Below the pieces are notes generated by a model that worked only from the letters and a program-made list of their open reading frames with translations, ran no database searches and was not told the origin of the DNA. DNA of 31,416 nt, from contig QPMI01000372.1 of the NCBI GenBank assembly GCA_004431415.1, forward strand, positions 1 through 31,416, read 5' to 3'. The position numbers and the translations under genes were made by a program. Position 1 is the stretch's first letter; each line of letters opens with the position of its first letter. Positions 30,781-31,416 of the stretch are shown here, in pieces. Source of the stretch: Cyanophora paradoxa CCMP329 (taxonomy: Eukaryota; Plantae; Glaucophyta).

Positions 30781-31057
30781 GCTGTCTTTCGTCCCTATGG
30801 ACGACTGCGGAAGAGCGGCGTGAGGGCACCGGATTTCGGCCCAGAGGAATGCATCCGCACCTTCCCCACTGACTTGGAGTCATCCATCTGCGAGCTCCTC
30901 CTGATGGAGGGCCTCGCGGCGGTCAGACTCCCCCGCCCGCCGGTCATGCTTTGGCGCGGTGCCACCGACATGGCGGCTAGCCGATGCCGGGGCTAACAAG
31001 CTTTGTACTGCACTGCTAAGCCAGGTTGAGAACGAGCACGCCCGATGGGATCGCAGA

Positions 31058-31371
31058 ATGAAGCTGGTCAAGTTCGTCCAACACCTTGGCGAAGTTCCTC
31101 CTCCCGAAGTGAGGCTGGCTGCGGAACCTGGGGTGCGGCAGCTTGCGGTCTTCTGATGTATCTAAGACTCTCCTTGCAAGAGGAAGATCTGCTGGTGCCG
31201 ATCGCCTGCGTGACGTTGTGCTATTCTGCCTGCAAGCTGCAACAGCCTGCCAAGATCTTGCCAACTCCGTTCGAGTTACTGCCAAGCTCCCGGCGATTCC
31301 ACGTCGGGGGGCGGCGCTATACAAAGGTCTTGCGGCGAAGTTGCCGGCGAAAAGACTACACAGGCTTTTGA
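31058..31371 (+). other. Possible first exon(s) of a gene divergent from the TmcB-like gene
   Basis: ATG at 31058 (MKLVKFVQHLGEVPPPE) is followed by a GTGAGG donor-like site. The moderate GC matches gene 5' ends elsewhere in the window. No recognisable domain. Confidence 0.25.
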
Positions 31372-31416
31372 CGCTAGGAGGGGGGGGAAAGGTGGGTACA
31401 CACATTTCCACGCAGC

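Noticed and set aside
1-31416. Alternative genetic code or stop-codon reassignment
   Set aside because: In-frame stops in the conserved regions are removed by plausible introns, and genes end at ordinary TAG/TGA.

Overview
Gene-dense, very GC-rich eukaryotic nuclear DNA with many short introns (mostly about 55-90 nt), so the six-frame ORF track is largely misleading and I rebuilt genes by splicing by hand. Two genes begin with Phe-containing plastid-type transit peptides (MGFV..., MAFL...). Together with the intron density and GC content, this points to a primary-plastid alga, most plausibly a glaucophyte (Cyanophora-like); the taxon is an inference. There are eleven supportable genes, mostly in alternating orientation: a nucleotidyltransferase (HxGH), an unknown protein, an HRI-like eIF2-alpha kinase, a conserved uncharacterised protein, a catalytically dead-looking SENP/Ulp2-like protein, plastid YbeY, a small single-pass plastid protein, a mitochondrial J-domain fusion, mitochondrial uL3, a DENN-IQ protein and a TmcB-like membrane protein. 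The most striking signal is the splicing. Roughly one intron in five starts with GC, donors follow G(T/C)(G/C)CGC rather than GTRAGT, and there is usually no polypyrimidine tract. Many introns are C-rich at the 5' end and G-rich at the 3' end. Two neighbouring introns flanking an 18-nt microexon are about 88% identical. Several single-base frameshifts in GC runs are probably assembly errors.
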